Source of the DNA: Haliotis rubra | Taxonomy: Eukaryota | Direction of reading: 5' to 3' | Assembly (NCBI RefSeq): GCF_003918875.1 | Contig: NW_025767546.1 | Location: 1,116,001-1,180,000, forward strand | DNA: 64,000 nucleotides | Part shown: positions 13,042 to 24,465 of the stretch, piece by piece | How positions within the stretch are numbered: the first letter of the stretch is position 1 | How the letters are laid out: each line of letters opens with the position of its first letter | The notes under the pieces: generated by a model | What the model was told of the DNA's origin: nothing | Seen by the model: the letters and a program-made list of their open reading frames with translations, nothing else | The model's database searches: none | Position numbers and translations under genes: made by a program

Positions 13042-15949
13042 TATTTCTTACTGGTCTGCAAATAATCAAGTATTGGCCAAGCAAAACAGTGATTGATAGT
13101 GTGAGTAAAAATCCAGAAGTAATGATCAGTCAACGTTGTCCCTCAGTGTGACGTCCTGATACAGTGGTGACAAGAATGGAATCCTGGGGATACATCCTTA
13201 TGAACAAGTGTCTCATTGTCGTGAGGTAAACGGAAAGTAGGTACCAGTACATGAATATCTAATAAAATTTGGTATGTGCATAGTAAACAAACAATACATC
13301 ACTTGGACATGGTAGTTTTTTTCAGTCTATTTGACCAGTGTAAAACACATGCTGTGTGAAACATTTCCACTTGTTTGGGAAACCAGAAAATTACAAAACC
13401 AAAACATATGTCTCAAGTGACTTTCAGTAAATAAGAAAATAATTGAGATTTGAACCTTGAACAAATCATCTGAATCGGAGTGGAATTGTTTTGGTCCAGT
13501 GTACCTTATACTGCACAAAGAGTATTATGTATGTGAAATATATTGTAACAGAATCTGAACTTTATCAACTTCAATAATTCAAAACTCTAACATGTACAGA
13601 TACATGGTGTGTCATCTGTAAATAAAGCATAAATTATGAAAACCCTAAAGAATTATGTTTGTGCATGTTGTGAAATCAATGGAATGTTTCCATCTACGAC
13701 TCATGGTCAAAGGGAGATAATTCTGTCGAATTACCTCCCTTGCACCACACAGCCAGCTTATGTAAGCCCGTCACCAGCTGCAACAACACACGTCGTGGAT
13801 AGTACCCTTGAGGTTTGTTTTAATATTTCTCATTGTAATCCAACTAGCGTACATCCATGGACTTTGATCAGTAGGCGAACGAACATTGAAAGCTTGAATG
13901 TTAAAAAACTCAGTGATGTTTTCCCTCCTGTTGACGTGAAGCCGGCGCCAAGTAGGCCAATAAAGATCCCGAACATTGTACTTCAGCATAACATACTCAT
14001 TTTCCGCTTACACATGCCTGTCTGCTAAACGAACGGTCAGATGTTTACTAGTACATGTACCACATGAAAATGCGAACAGATATCTTTCTTTAAGTTCTGA
14101 ACTACCACCAGGCATATAGAGTGTCGTTAAATCAATAAATGTGGTCTCTCTTTACACGAACACACAATTTACTGAATGTCCTATACTTACAATCCAACAA
14201 AGAATCAGAACCAAGAATCTGTGCTTCAGAACGTTAATCTGAATATGAGGTAGGCAGTACGAGTTGTTATATCCCAGTATCACCCCTAGACCTAATTTGC
14301 AGTAAAAATAAGTTTGTGGGATAACAAAACCTTTTTCAAAGGATCCAGACTGAAGAAATAATATTTTCCAGCCAAAAGTAACATCTGACCAGGAATCTTG
14401 TTTCTGGATAACTTTATTGCTGGGCCACACTTGAACACCCATCTAGCATTACTCTTTTCAAAAGTGATTCCCAATTTCTTGTGCTCAACACAAAGTTAGG
14501 TCAAGAATACTGTGTAACAGAGGTATTCTTTGATGATAGTTTAATGAGGATGAATAATTGAGGAGGTTTTCAGGGATTTATTCAAGACTGGTAACGTGGG
14601 ATATGGAGATCCCCAGTTGGCTCTCAGTCCATAAAACTGGACTAACAAAACGCCCTGAATGATAAAATATACATCAATTAATACATGTCTCTCATATATG
14701 TAACACATATCATGTTATACATTCAATATAGTTACCATAGTGACCATGCCACTATACTATTAATACTATCTAGTATCCAGATTTAAGCAAAAACATGTAC
14801 TGTAATTATCACTCACATATATGACAACTATTATTACTAATATTTACAATCACATTCTAAATACAATACCTCACCTCGTCTCGGGGACGCAGGCAGAATA
14901 GGCCAACAGCTAGTGTAAACATATGATTCTCAGTGAACCTAAATAAACAAAATATTGCCTAAGTATACTGCTAGTATATGCAGATACATCATGAACAGAA
15001 TTAGCGTACACATAAATAGTAATCTTATTTACCCTAATATACACATAAATATGCATGTAGAAACTAAACCTTATAATATACATGCATGATACGCATTACT
15101 GTATCACGCCAATCATGAAATAGCTAATACATATACATGCTACGTTACATAATACAAATTACAGCATCATGGTGGTATAAAATACCCTACTGTACAAATA
15201 AACTCATACCAGTAAACTAATGTATTGGTGCACAAAACATCATACATTTGTCTAAAATACTAGGTATACATATATTTATTGACAAACACCTAACTTACAC
15301 CAAATATGATAAAACACTATTCCTTAAAACATGTATCTAACACACTAAATACTAATAGCCCGACTATACATATAATACTAAAAGATCTAACTTAACCTAC
15401 CCCATAATGTGCTGGTGTTGTGCTCTGATTGTGCTATCTAGGAGAATGATGAAGACGGCCACAAGTGAAAGGCATTAGAAAGCTTTAAGTATGACAAGAA
15501 GGTGGGTGATAGCTGAAATCTTATGAAACAATAGGAACCTTGACAACAGGCCAATGCAGAGATTGAACGCACAGATCACGTACCCTTAACAACAGACCCC
15601 AAGCTAGCTGCTGCCAATAGCTTACCAGTGAGCTAGTTAAACAGTGCAAGTGTTAGTGTTAACCAGGCCAGTTTGGTAATGATAAAGTTTTACACCTACG
15701 TTTAAAATAATGAAGTTTAACACATTAAAATTGCACACTTTTATCTACACACTGCTACATTTATTTGCTACTTTGTTATCCCTTGCCTGGGAGGATTACG
15801 GCACTGAGAGTAAAGTTATAGGTATCGCTGATCCAGAGCAGACTATGCATGTACATTTATCATGTCTTTACTGTGAGTTGAGTCATTTTATCAAGCTTCG
15901 TACAGTCCTATTATCAGTACAGACACTCGCTCATGAGTGATTCTGTTTA

Positions 15950-16330
15950 CAGCTGCTGAATTGATGGCGAAAGCTGAATATAGTTAATATGCCAAGCCTG
16001 TAAACCAGGGAAGTCACACTCAGGGCTTATGTGATCTCCATACACCCCACCACACCCATCTGAACAAGCATCATGATGGAGACTTGTGATAGGGTGCTTG
16101 TCCTGTCTCCTCTCAGTACCAGGGAACATCAAGGGAACCAATCCAGCGGTGTATGTCGGCTTTAAAGTCAATTGACAGCCATACTCGGTGGTTTCTATGT
16201 ACCATAGCTGTTCTTTAGCAATAGTGTTCATCTCAAGAACCGTCTACCACCTCTAGCCACCTGGCTTAACCAACTGAGCTTCCTGCCAGTATCGAGAGTT
16301 TGTGGTTACTGGCACTGAATAGTCCTACAG
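15950..16330 (-). mobile_element. DIRS/Ngaro-like (tyrosine recombinase retrotransposon) RT-RNase H relic
   Basis: Frameshifted minus-strand motifs GRKLSWLSQVARGGRRFLR (RT-RNH connection) and DACSDGCGGVYG...WHINYIQL (RNase H DAS..G.G / HIN.LEL). Confidence 0.65.
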
Positions 16331-17287
16331 CACCAACAGTCGAGGACAGGGTATAAGAAACCATGTCTAATAACTCACCAAGAAATGTAAGCTGTGTTGA
16401 GTACAGGCAGTTTTTGTCCAGTTAATGATAAGACCTAGATATTCCAAACGTGCTTGAAATGCTGTTCACTAGGTATAGTTGCTAACATTTACAAAGTGGA
16501 TTCATCACCTCTCAAGATGTTTTACCCAACTGAAACATATACAAGTGAAATTACAAGCCACCAGTTATCATTTTTAAAACAATGGCAATACACTTTTGAC
16601 AAACCTGTTTGAAGTGTCACGCAACAAAGAAATTCACCTGAAGCAAACTTGTGGGCATGCTCTGATGATGTAATTTGATATATTTGTGAGGCTATGATCT
16701 ATAGATTATGATAACCATTCTGAACAATGCAGCTGTGTGATGCTGTGGTGCTTCATATTTCTGAGACCAATCATCTTTAGGATTGTTAACATGCAAATGT
16801 GCAAATATTGGAATTATTTAGAAATTCCAGGGCTGATATGAGTCTTAATTTATGGCCTTGTTACTTGATCCCATAATATCTACCTGGATACCCACTGTAG
16901 GTCTCAAGAGTTGGGTATACAATGTCTCATTGGAAATTGTCTTACAAGAGTCCGGTGGCTGAAAAAAATATCTGAAACATATAGTAAAAAAGAATCTAAT
17001 CACACATGCACCAAAACTGATTGCAGTTTTAATTTTTCTCAAACATATTCATGTCCGAGGGATTATGTAAATCAGCTATTTATAGTGCAGCCATAGAGTT
17101 CTATTGTTTGATATATGATACAATGATCTAATCATTGAAGGTTATCAAAGAAGCTGAGTTTTGTCTGTAGTAAAATGTGTGGATGTCAGAAGGCATGTCG
17201 GCATTGTTAGAAAGTAATGTGAATATTGACAGCTCGTAGTGAAACCAAGTAGTTATGTTGGTATTTCATTAACACATATAACATCAC

Positions 17288-17790
17288 TACCCATGGGTCA
17301 GGGTCGTCCTGTGGGTACCTGGGTCCCACTCAGGTACCCATGGGTCAGGGTCGTCCTGTGGGTACCTGGGTCTCACTCAGGTACCCATGGGTCAGGGCCG
17401 TCCTGTGGGTACCTGGGTCTCACTCAGGTACCCATTGGGTGAGGGTTGTCCTGTGTGTACCTGGGTCTCACTCAGGTACCCATGGGTCAGGGCCGTCCTG
17501 TGGGTACCTGGGTTCCACTCAGATACCCATGGGTCAGGGTCGTCCTGTAGGTACCGGGGTCTCACTCAGGTACCCATGGGTCAGGGCTGTCCTGTGGGTA
17601 CCTGGGTCTCACTCAGGTACCCATGGGTCAGGGCCGTCCTGTGGGTACCTGGGTCTCACTCAGGTACCCATGGGTCAGGGTCGTCCTGTGGGTACCTGGG
17701 TTCCACTCAGGTACCCATGGGTCTGGGTTTTCTTGTGGGTACCTGGTACCCATGGGTCAGGGTCGTCCTGTAGGTACCTGGGTCTCAGGT
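17288..17790 (+). repeat. 47-bp GC-rich minisatellite (~10 copies)
   Basis: Unit TACCCATGGGTCAGGGTCGTCCTGTGGGTACCTGGGTCTCACTCAGG. Confidence 0.95.
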
Positions 17791-17830
17791 CTCATGAGAC
17801 CCAGGTATATTCATCTGAAAGAGTAACATA

Positions 17831-20800
17831 CTGGCCATTGTAGGTGGAGGTATCTCTGGCCTGGTGTGTGCTGCCAGACTAGGGCAGCTGAACATCCATG
17901 ATGTCACCGTGTTTGATACAGGTAATGTAGCACTCCCGGTCATATGATGGCTGCCACCACCTGTTTCTATGTTTCTGACCTGAGGAAGGAGGTACAAATA
18001 TTGAAAACATTGAACCAGACCAATGGTAAATTAACCTGAAAACACTTTGTGCTTGAACAGTATTTGAAGCAGTATCAACCACTGGCAGACTGTATATGAT
18101 ATACACAGAGGCGTGGCAGGTGGAACCAGAGGTGAAGGTCAACATTCTAACACTCCATTGGTATTGTGGTTCTTAGTTGTAATAATTCAAGGAAATCTTT
18201 TTGAATAAAGTACATAAAGCAGTGCCTGCTTTTACAAGATTAGAGATATTTATGTTCTCATTGCTTCACCCTGCAGGTCAAAACGCAGTGGGAGGGCGCT
18301 GTTCAACCCGCCATGTACAGATTGAGGGGAAGACATACATATTTGATCACTCCGCCCAGTACTTTACGGTCTCTGACAAACGGTTTGCAAAAATTGTGAG
18401 TTTTCTGCATTCAAAAGGGGCAGTGAAAGTGTGGCCAGGGAAGATTGGACATCTGAAGAAGGGCAGATTCTCCACAGATGCTGGTATCACACAGGCTTTT
18501 ATTGGCAGTGAGGGGATGAGGTCCGTGGTGGAGTGTCTGGCATCACTCAGTAAAGTACAGCGGCCATGTTGGGTTGGGAATGTCAGCTTCGACAGCGTGT
18601 CCAGGAAATGGCAGGTAGACAAGTATGGCTTCTTTGACTATTTGGTTGTGGCTCATAATGGTAAGTGTGCCGACAAGCTGATGTCCAGCGCTGGAGTACC
18701 TGACGTTCACCGACTGCTGAGAGTGAGGTTTGGGGATGAGCTTGTTGTCCGGGATCACCGGATGCAGCTCTGTTCATTGTGGGTCCTACTTGTTGCCTTC
18801 AGGGAGCCACTTAAACTCTCCTTCCAGGGAGCTCATGTTGAACATCAAGATATATCATGGATTGCAAACAACACTGCCAAGCTGGGTCAGAAGTTTCCCG
18901 CAAGTAAAATTGAATGTTGGACTGTATTTAGTACAAGAGAGTTTGGTACAGCAAACAAGGTTCCCCAGGAAAACATTCCTCCCGGGAAGGCTCAAGGTGT
19001 AACAGACAAGCTTCTAGCTGCATTCAGTCAGGCAACAGGGAAGGGCCAGCTCCCGGAAGTGGTGTATTCCCGGGTACAGTTGTGGGGGCCGCTGTGCCCA
19101 TGAATGTGCTGGCAACAGATGAAGAGTGTGTGTTTGACAGCTTCAACAATGTGGGTGTCTGTGGGGACTGGCTGGTCAGCCCTTGTATCCAGGGAGCAGC
19201 GGTCAGCGGACTCGCGCTGGCAGAGAGGATACATCAACACTGTAACGGTAGGAGTCATTCATTCATATATGCAATCTTTGAGAATGGTTAAATTCATAAC
19301 ATTTATATATGTAGGATGCTCTTTCGGAAACAAAGTGAATCTTTTGTACACAATGTGTACAAGAGATGTGCTACCCAGTTTTCTTAGAGTGTAAAGAAAT
19401 GGTTGAATTCATTTTTTGTGCTTACGACTACTAGGACAGATGCTTGCCAGATCTCATTATAAATGTATTGTCATTTAAGGGATTTGTTTTTCAGACCCTG
19501 TAATAAATCTGTTATACATCTAGTAATCTTGCAATTGCAATGGTTCATCTGTACAAACTAAACCATTTCAGCAAACACCTTTAATTAAGTCACTGAATTT
19601 GAATATGACCCATCGCATGATGAGCATTGAAGTGTCGTGGTGTATTTTGACTCCTCTGATAGAAAACAAGATGGCATCTGGTACTGGAAAACAAGATGGC
19701 GTCTGGTACTATTATATCTCATTGTTTACAGCAAGGTTACTGTAACAACTTGAAGGCTTCATAAACTTTAGAGAGAACAAATGATTAGTCTTGGTGAGGT
19801 CGACTGTGAACTTGATCCTATCTGACCACCTCCTGTTTCAGGTACACAGGTCCTTGTTTACACATACTGACCTTCTGCAGAGTAGCTGTTTGTATAATAT
19901 TGCAGTGTAAAGGATGTGCTCCCTAGGTGTTATAGATATATTGCAGTGTAAAGGATGTGCACCCCAGGTGTTATAGATGTATTACTGTGTAAAGGATGTG
20001 CTCCCTAGGTGTTATAGATGTATTACTGTGTAAAGGATGTGCACCCCAGGTGTTATATATGTATTGCAGTGTAAAGGATGTGCTCCCTAGGTGTTATAGA
20101 TGTATTACTGTGTAAAGGATGTGCACCCCAGGTGTTATAAATGTATTGCAGTGTAAAGGATGTGCTCCCCAGGTGTTATATATGTATTGCAGTGTAAAGG
20201 ATGTGCTCCCCAGGTGGTCTATATGTATTGCAGTGTAAAGGATGTGCTGCCAGGTGTTATAGATGTATTGCAGTGTAAAGGATGTGCTCCCCAGGTGTTA
20301 TAGATGTATTGCAGTGTAAAGGATGTGCTGCCAGGTGTATTGCAGTGCAAAGGATGTGCTGCCAGGTGTTATAGATGTATTGCAGTGTAAAGGATGTGCT
20401 CCCCAGGTGTTATAGATGTATTGCAGTATAAAGGATGTGCTCCCCAGGTGTTATTAAATGTATTGCAGTGTAAAGGATGTGCTCCCCAGGTGGTCTATAT
20501 GTATTGCAGTGTAAAGGATGTGCTGCCAGGTGTTATAGATGTATTGCAGTGTAAAGGATGTGCTTCCCAGGTGTTCTATATGTATTGCAGTGTAAAGGAT
20601 GTGCTGCCAGGTGTATTGCAGTGCAAAGGATGTGCTGCCAGGTGTTATAGATGTATTGCAGTGTAAAGGATGTGCTCCCCAGGTGTTATAGATGTATTGC
20701 AGTGTAAAGGATGTACTGCCAGGTGTTATAGATGTATTGCAGTGTAAAGGATGTGCTGCCAGGTGTTATAGATGTATTGCAGTGTAAAGGATGTGCTCCC

Positions 20801-22767
20801 CAGGTGTTATAGATGTATTGCAGTGTAAAGGATGTGCTGCCAGGTGTATTGCAGTGTAAAGGATGTGCTGCCAGGTGTTATAGATGTATTGCAGTGTAAA
20901 GGATGTGCTCCCCAGGTGTTATAGATGTATTGCAGTGTAAAGGATGTGCTCCCAAGGTGGTCTATATGTATTGCAGTGTAAAGGATGTGCTGCCAGGTGT
21001 TATAGATGTATTGCAGTGTAAAGGATGTGCTTCCCAGGTGTTATAGATGTATTGCAGTGTAAAGGATGTGCTGCCAGGTGTATTGCAGTGCAAAGGATGT
21101 GCTGCCAGGTGTTATAGATGTATTGCAGTGTAAAGGATGTGCTCCCCAGGTGTTATAGATGTATTGCAGTATAAAGGATGTGCTCCCCAGGTGTTATTAA
21201 ATGTATTGCAGTGTAAAGGATGTGCTCCCCAGGTGGTCTATATGTATTGCAGTGTAAAGGATGTGCTGCCAGGTGTTATAGATGTATTGCAGTGTAAAGG
21301 ATGTGCTTCCCAGGTGTTCTATATGTATTGCAGTGTAAAGGATGTGCTGCCAGGTGTATTGCAGTGCAAAGGATGTGCTGCCAGGTGTTATAGATGTATT
21401 GCAGTGTAAAGGATGTGCTCCCCAGGTGTTATAGATGTATTGCAGTGTAAAGGATGTACTGCCAGGTGTATTGCAGTGTAAAGGATGTGCTGCCAGGTGT
21501 TATAGATGTATTGCAGTGTAAAGGATGTGCTCCCCAGGTGTTATAGATGTATTGCAGTGTAAAGGATGTGCTGCCAGGTGTATTGCAGTGTAAAGGATGT
21601 GCTGCCAGGTGTTATAGATGTATTGCAGTGTAAAGGATGTGCTCCCCAGGTGTTATAGATGTATTGCAGTGTAAAGGATGTGCTCCCAAGGTGTTATAGA
21701 TGTATTGCAGTGTAAAGGATGTACCCCAGGTGTTATAGATGTATTGCAGTGTAAAGGATGTTCACCCCAGGTGTTATAGATATATTGCAGTGTAAAGGAT
21801 GTGCTCCCCAGGTGTTATAGATGTATTGCAGTGTAAAGGATGTTCTACCCAGGTGTTATATATGTATTGCAGTGTAAAGGATGTGCACCCCAGGTGGTCT
21901 AGATGTATTGCAGTGTAAAGGATGTGCACCCCAGGTGTTCTATATGTATTGCAGTGTAAAGGATGTACTGCCAGGTGTTATATATGTATTGCAGTGTAAA
22001 GGATGTGCTCCCCAGGTGTTCTATATGTATTGCAGTGTAAAGGATGTGCACCCCAGGTGTTCTAGATGTATTGCAGTGTAAAGGATGTGCACCCCAGGTG
22101 TTCTATATGTATTGCAGTGTAAAGGATGTGCTCCCCAGGTGGTCTAGATGTATTGCAGTGTAAAGGATGTGCACCCCAGGTGTTATATATGTATTGCAGT
22201 GTAAAGGATGTTCTACCCAGGTGTTCTATATGTATTGCAGTGTAAAGGATGTTCTACCCAGGTGGTCTAGATGTATTGCAGTGTAAAGGATGTTCTACCC
22301 AGGTGTTCTAGATGTATTGCCGTGTAAAGGATGTGCACCCCAGGTGTTCTATATGTATTGCAGTGTAAAGGATGTGCTCCCCAGGTGGTCTAGATGTATT
22401 GCAGTGTAAAGGATGTTCTACCCAGGTGTTCTAGATGTATTGCAGTGTAAAGGATGTGCTCCCCAGGTGTTTATGAGGCTCACATTCTGTTGTTTTCTTT
22501 GCAGTGTAACATCTATAGTTCCGAGGTTTCGTTGTCATGGTTATCTGGCATAATGTACAGAGGTATTCTGTTTATTCTTTTCATACTTTTAAGACTTTAA
22601 TGCAACTTTAATACAATCCAATGAAGTAAGACAAAACACCATCTTATGTTTCAGGACTGGTCACCACCAGCACCAGTTTGAAACCTGTGTTTGTGCCGGC
22701 CAGTGGTCACATTATAGGAGCCTTCCCCACAGACCAGAACATGATCTTCACTCCCAGCAAGTCATAG
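17831..22767 (+). CDS. Renalase-family FAD/NAD(P)-dependent oxidoreductase, plant At3g04650-like; N-terminus unresolved, one apparent frameshift
   Basis: Exon ~17831-17921: LAIVGGGISGLVCAARL...VTVFDTG. Exon 18277-19247: GGRCSTR, FDHSAQYFT, AHNGKCADKL, NKVPQENIP, QLWGAAVP, GVCGDWL, with a one-base-short G run at ~19084-19088. Exon 22655-22767: GHIIGAFP, stop TAG. Confidence 0.85.
19898..22471 (+). repeat. ~41-bp minisatellite (~60+ copies) in the oxidoreductase intron, with a 743-bp higher-order duplication
   Basis: Unit TATTGCAGTGTAAAGGATGTGCTCCCCAGGTGTTATAGATG; identical spurious ORFs start at 20394 and 21137. Confidence 0.95.
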
Positions 22768-22914
22768 CAGATGCTTGCCAACACAGACCAGAACATGATG
22801 TTCACTCCCAGCAAGTTGAAGCAGGTGCTTGCCAGCACAGCCAGGAAAGTCATAGCAGGTGCTTGCCAACACAGACAGGAACATGATCTTCACTCAACAC
22901 TTGGGAAGTGGACA

Positions 22915-22920
22915 AATAAA
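22915..22920 (+). terminator. Candidate polyadenylation signal for the oxidoreductase gene
   Basis: AATAAA about 150 nt after the stop codon at 22767. Confidence 0.5.
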
Positions 22921-23079
22921 CACATTGCATGTGCACTTTGTGAACCTGATGGTTTGTTCTCCATTTTAGATCATGTGGCGTATGTTTGTTGTTGACAAAC
23001 ATGAAACTTGTCTTGTTACTTACATGTGTTTAGAAACATTGTTGAACATTTGTGAACATGGTCATAAGAGGATTCAGCC

Positions 23080-24465
23080 TCTATGTCTCATGTCAGTGTA
23101 ACCTGGTCAGTGTGGATGTTTCTCCACTACAGCTCATTATACAGTATATAGTGTAAAGATGTGTGTGAGTCTATGTCTAGTGTCAGTGTAACCTGGTCAG
23201 TGTGGATGTTTCTCCACTACAGCTCATTATACAGTATATAGTGTAAAGATGTGTGTGAGTCTATGTCTCGTGTCAGTGAAACCTGGTCAGTGTGGATGTT
23301 TCTCCACTACAGCTCATTATACAGTATATAGTGTAAAGATGTGTGTGAGTCTATGTCAGTGTAACCTGGTCAGTGTGGATGTTTCTCCACTACAGCTCAT
23401 TGGTCAGTAAAGATGTGTGAGGATGTTTCTCCACTACACTACAGCTCATTATACAGTATATAGTGTAAAGATGTGTAAAGTCCTCGTGTGTGTGAAACCT
23501 GGTCAGTGTGGATGTTTCTCCAGTCTATAGTGTAAAGTGAGTCTATGTCTCGTGGTCAGTGAAACCTGGTCAGTGTGGATGTTTCTCCACTACAGCTCAT
23601 TATACAGTATATAGTGTAAAGATGTGTGTGAGTCTATGTCTCGCGGTCAGTGAAACCTGGTCAGTGTGGATGTTTCTCCACTACAGCTCATTATACAGTA
23701 TATAGTGTAAAGATGTGTGTGAGTCTATGTCGTGTCAGTGAAACCTGGTCAGTGTGGATGTTTCTCCACTACAGCTCATTATACTGGTCATATAGTGTAA
23801 AGAGTGAGTCTATGTCCGGTCAGTGAAACCTGGTCAGTGTGGATGTTTCTCCACTACAGCTCATTATACAGTATATAGTGTAAAGATGTGTGTGAGTCTA
23901 TGTCTCGTGGTGTAACCTGGTCAGTGTGGATGTGTCAGTGAAACCTGGTCAGTGTGGATGTTTCTCCACTACAGCTCATTATACAGTATATAGTGTAAAG
24001 ATGTGTGTGAGTCTATGTCTCGTGTCAGTGTAACCTGGTCAGTGTGGATGTTTCTCCACTACAGCTCATTATACAGTATATAGTGTAAAGATGTGTGTGA
24101 GTCTATGTCTCGTGTCAGTGAAACCTGGTCAGTGTGGATGTTTCTCCACTACAGCTCATTATACAGTATATAGTGTAAAGATGTGTGTGAGTCTATGTCT
24201 CGCAGTGTCAGTGTAACCTGGTCAGTGTGGATGTTTCTCCACTACAGCTCATTATACAGTATATAGTGTAAAGATGTGTGTGAGTCTATGTCTCGTGTCA
24301 GTGAAACCTGGTCAGTGTGGATGTTTCTCCACTACAGCTCATTATACAGTATATAGTGTAAAGATGTGTGTGAGTCTATGTCTCGTGTCAGTGTAACCTG
24401 GTCAGTGTGGATGTTTCTCCACTACAGCTCATTATACAGTATATAGTGTAAAGATGTGTGTGAGT
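23080..24465 (+). repeat. 90-bp minisatellite (~15 copies, scrambled centre)
   Basis: Unit GTCTATGTCTCGTGTCAGTG(T/A)AACCTGGTCAGTGTGGATGTTTCTCCACTACAGCTCATTATACAGTATATAGTGTAAAGATGTGTGTGA; period 90 seen at 24001/24091/24181. Confidence 0.95.

Noticed and set aside
13690-14480. CpG-richer segment with CCAAT as the oxidoreductase promoter
   Set aside because: Also shows transposon-like palindromic words (AAGGGAGATAAT...ATTACCTCCCTT), and no linked exon could be supported.
15410-15680. Coding-like composition on the plus strand ending in a GTAATG donor
   Set aside because: Multiple stops in the best frame and no recognisable family; possibly transposon debris.
17239-17843. Repeat-derived ORFs (also 20394-22081, 29218-29583, 35998-36847 and the 5' part of 57880)
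   Set aside because: Translations of tandem repeats in several frames, with no splice or protein-family support.
19842-19870. Alternative last exon for the oxidoreductase (ttcag|GTACACAGG...TGA)
   Set aside because: The 22655-22767 exon carries the family-like GH.IG.FP motif and a nearby AATAAA, so it is preferred.
19898-24465. Regular repeats as possible CRISPR arrays
   Set aside because: No unique spacers and no cas genes; these are head-to-tail minisatellites in eukaryotic introns or flanks.
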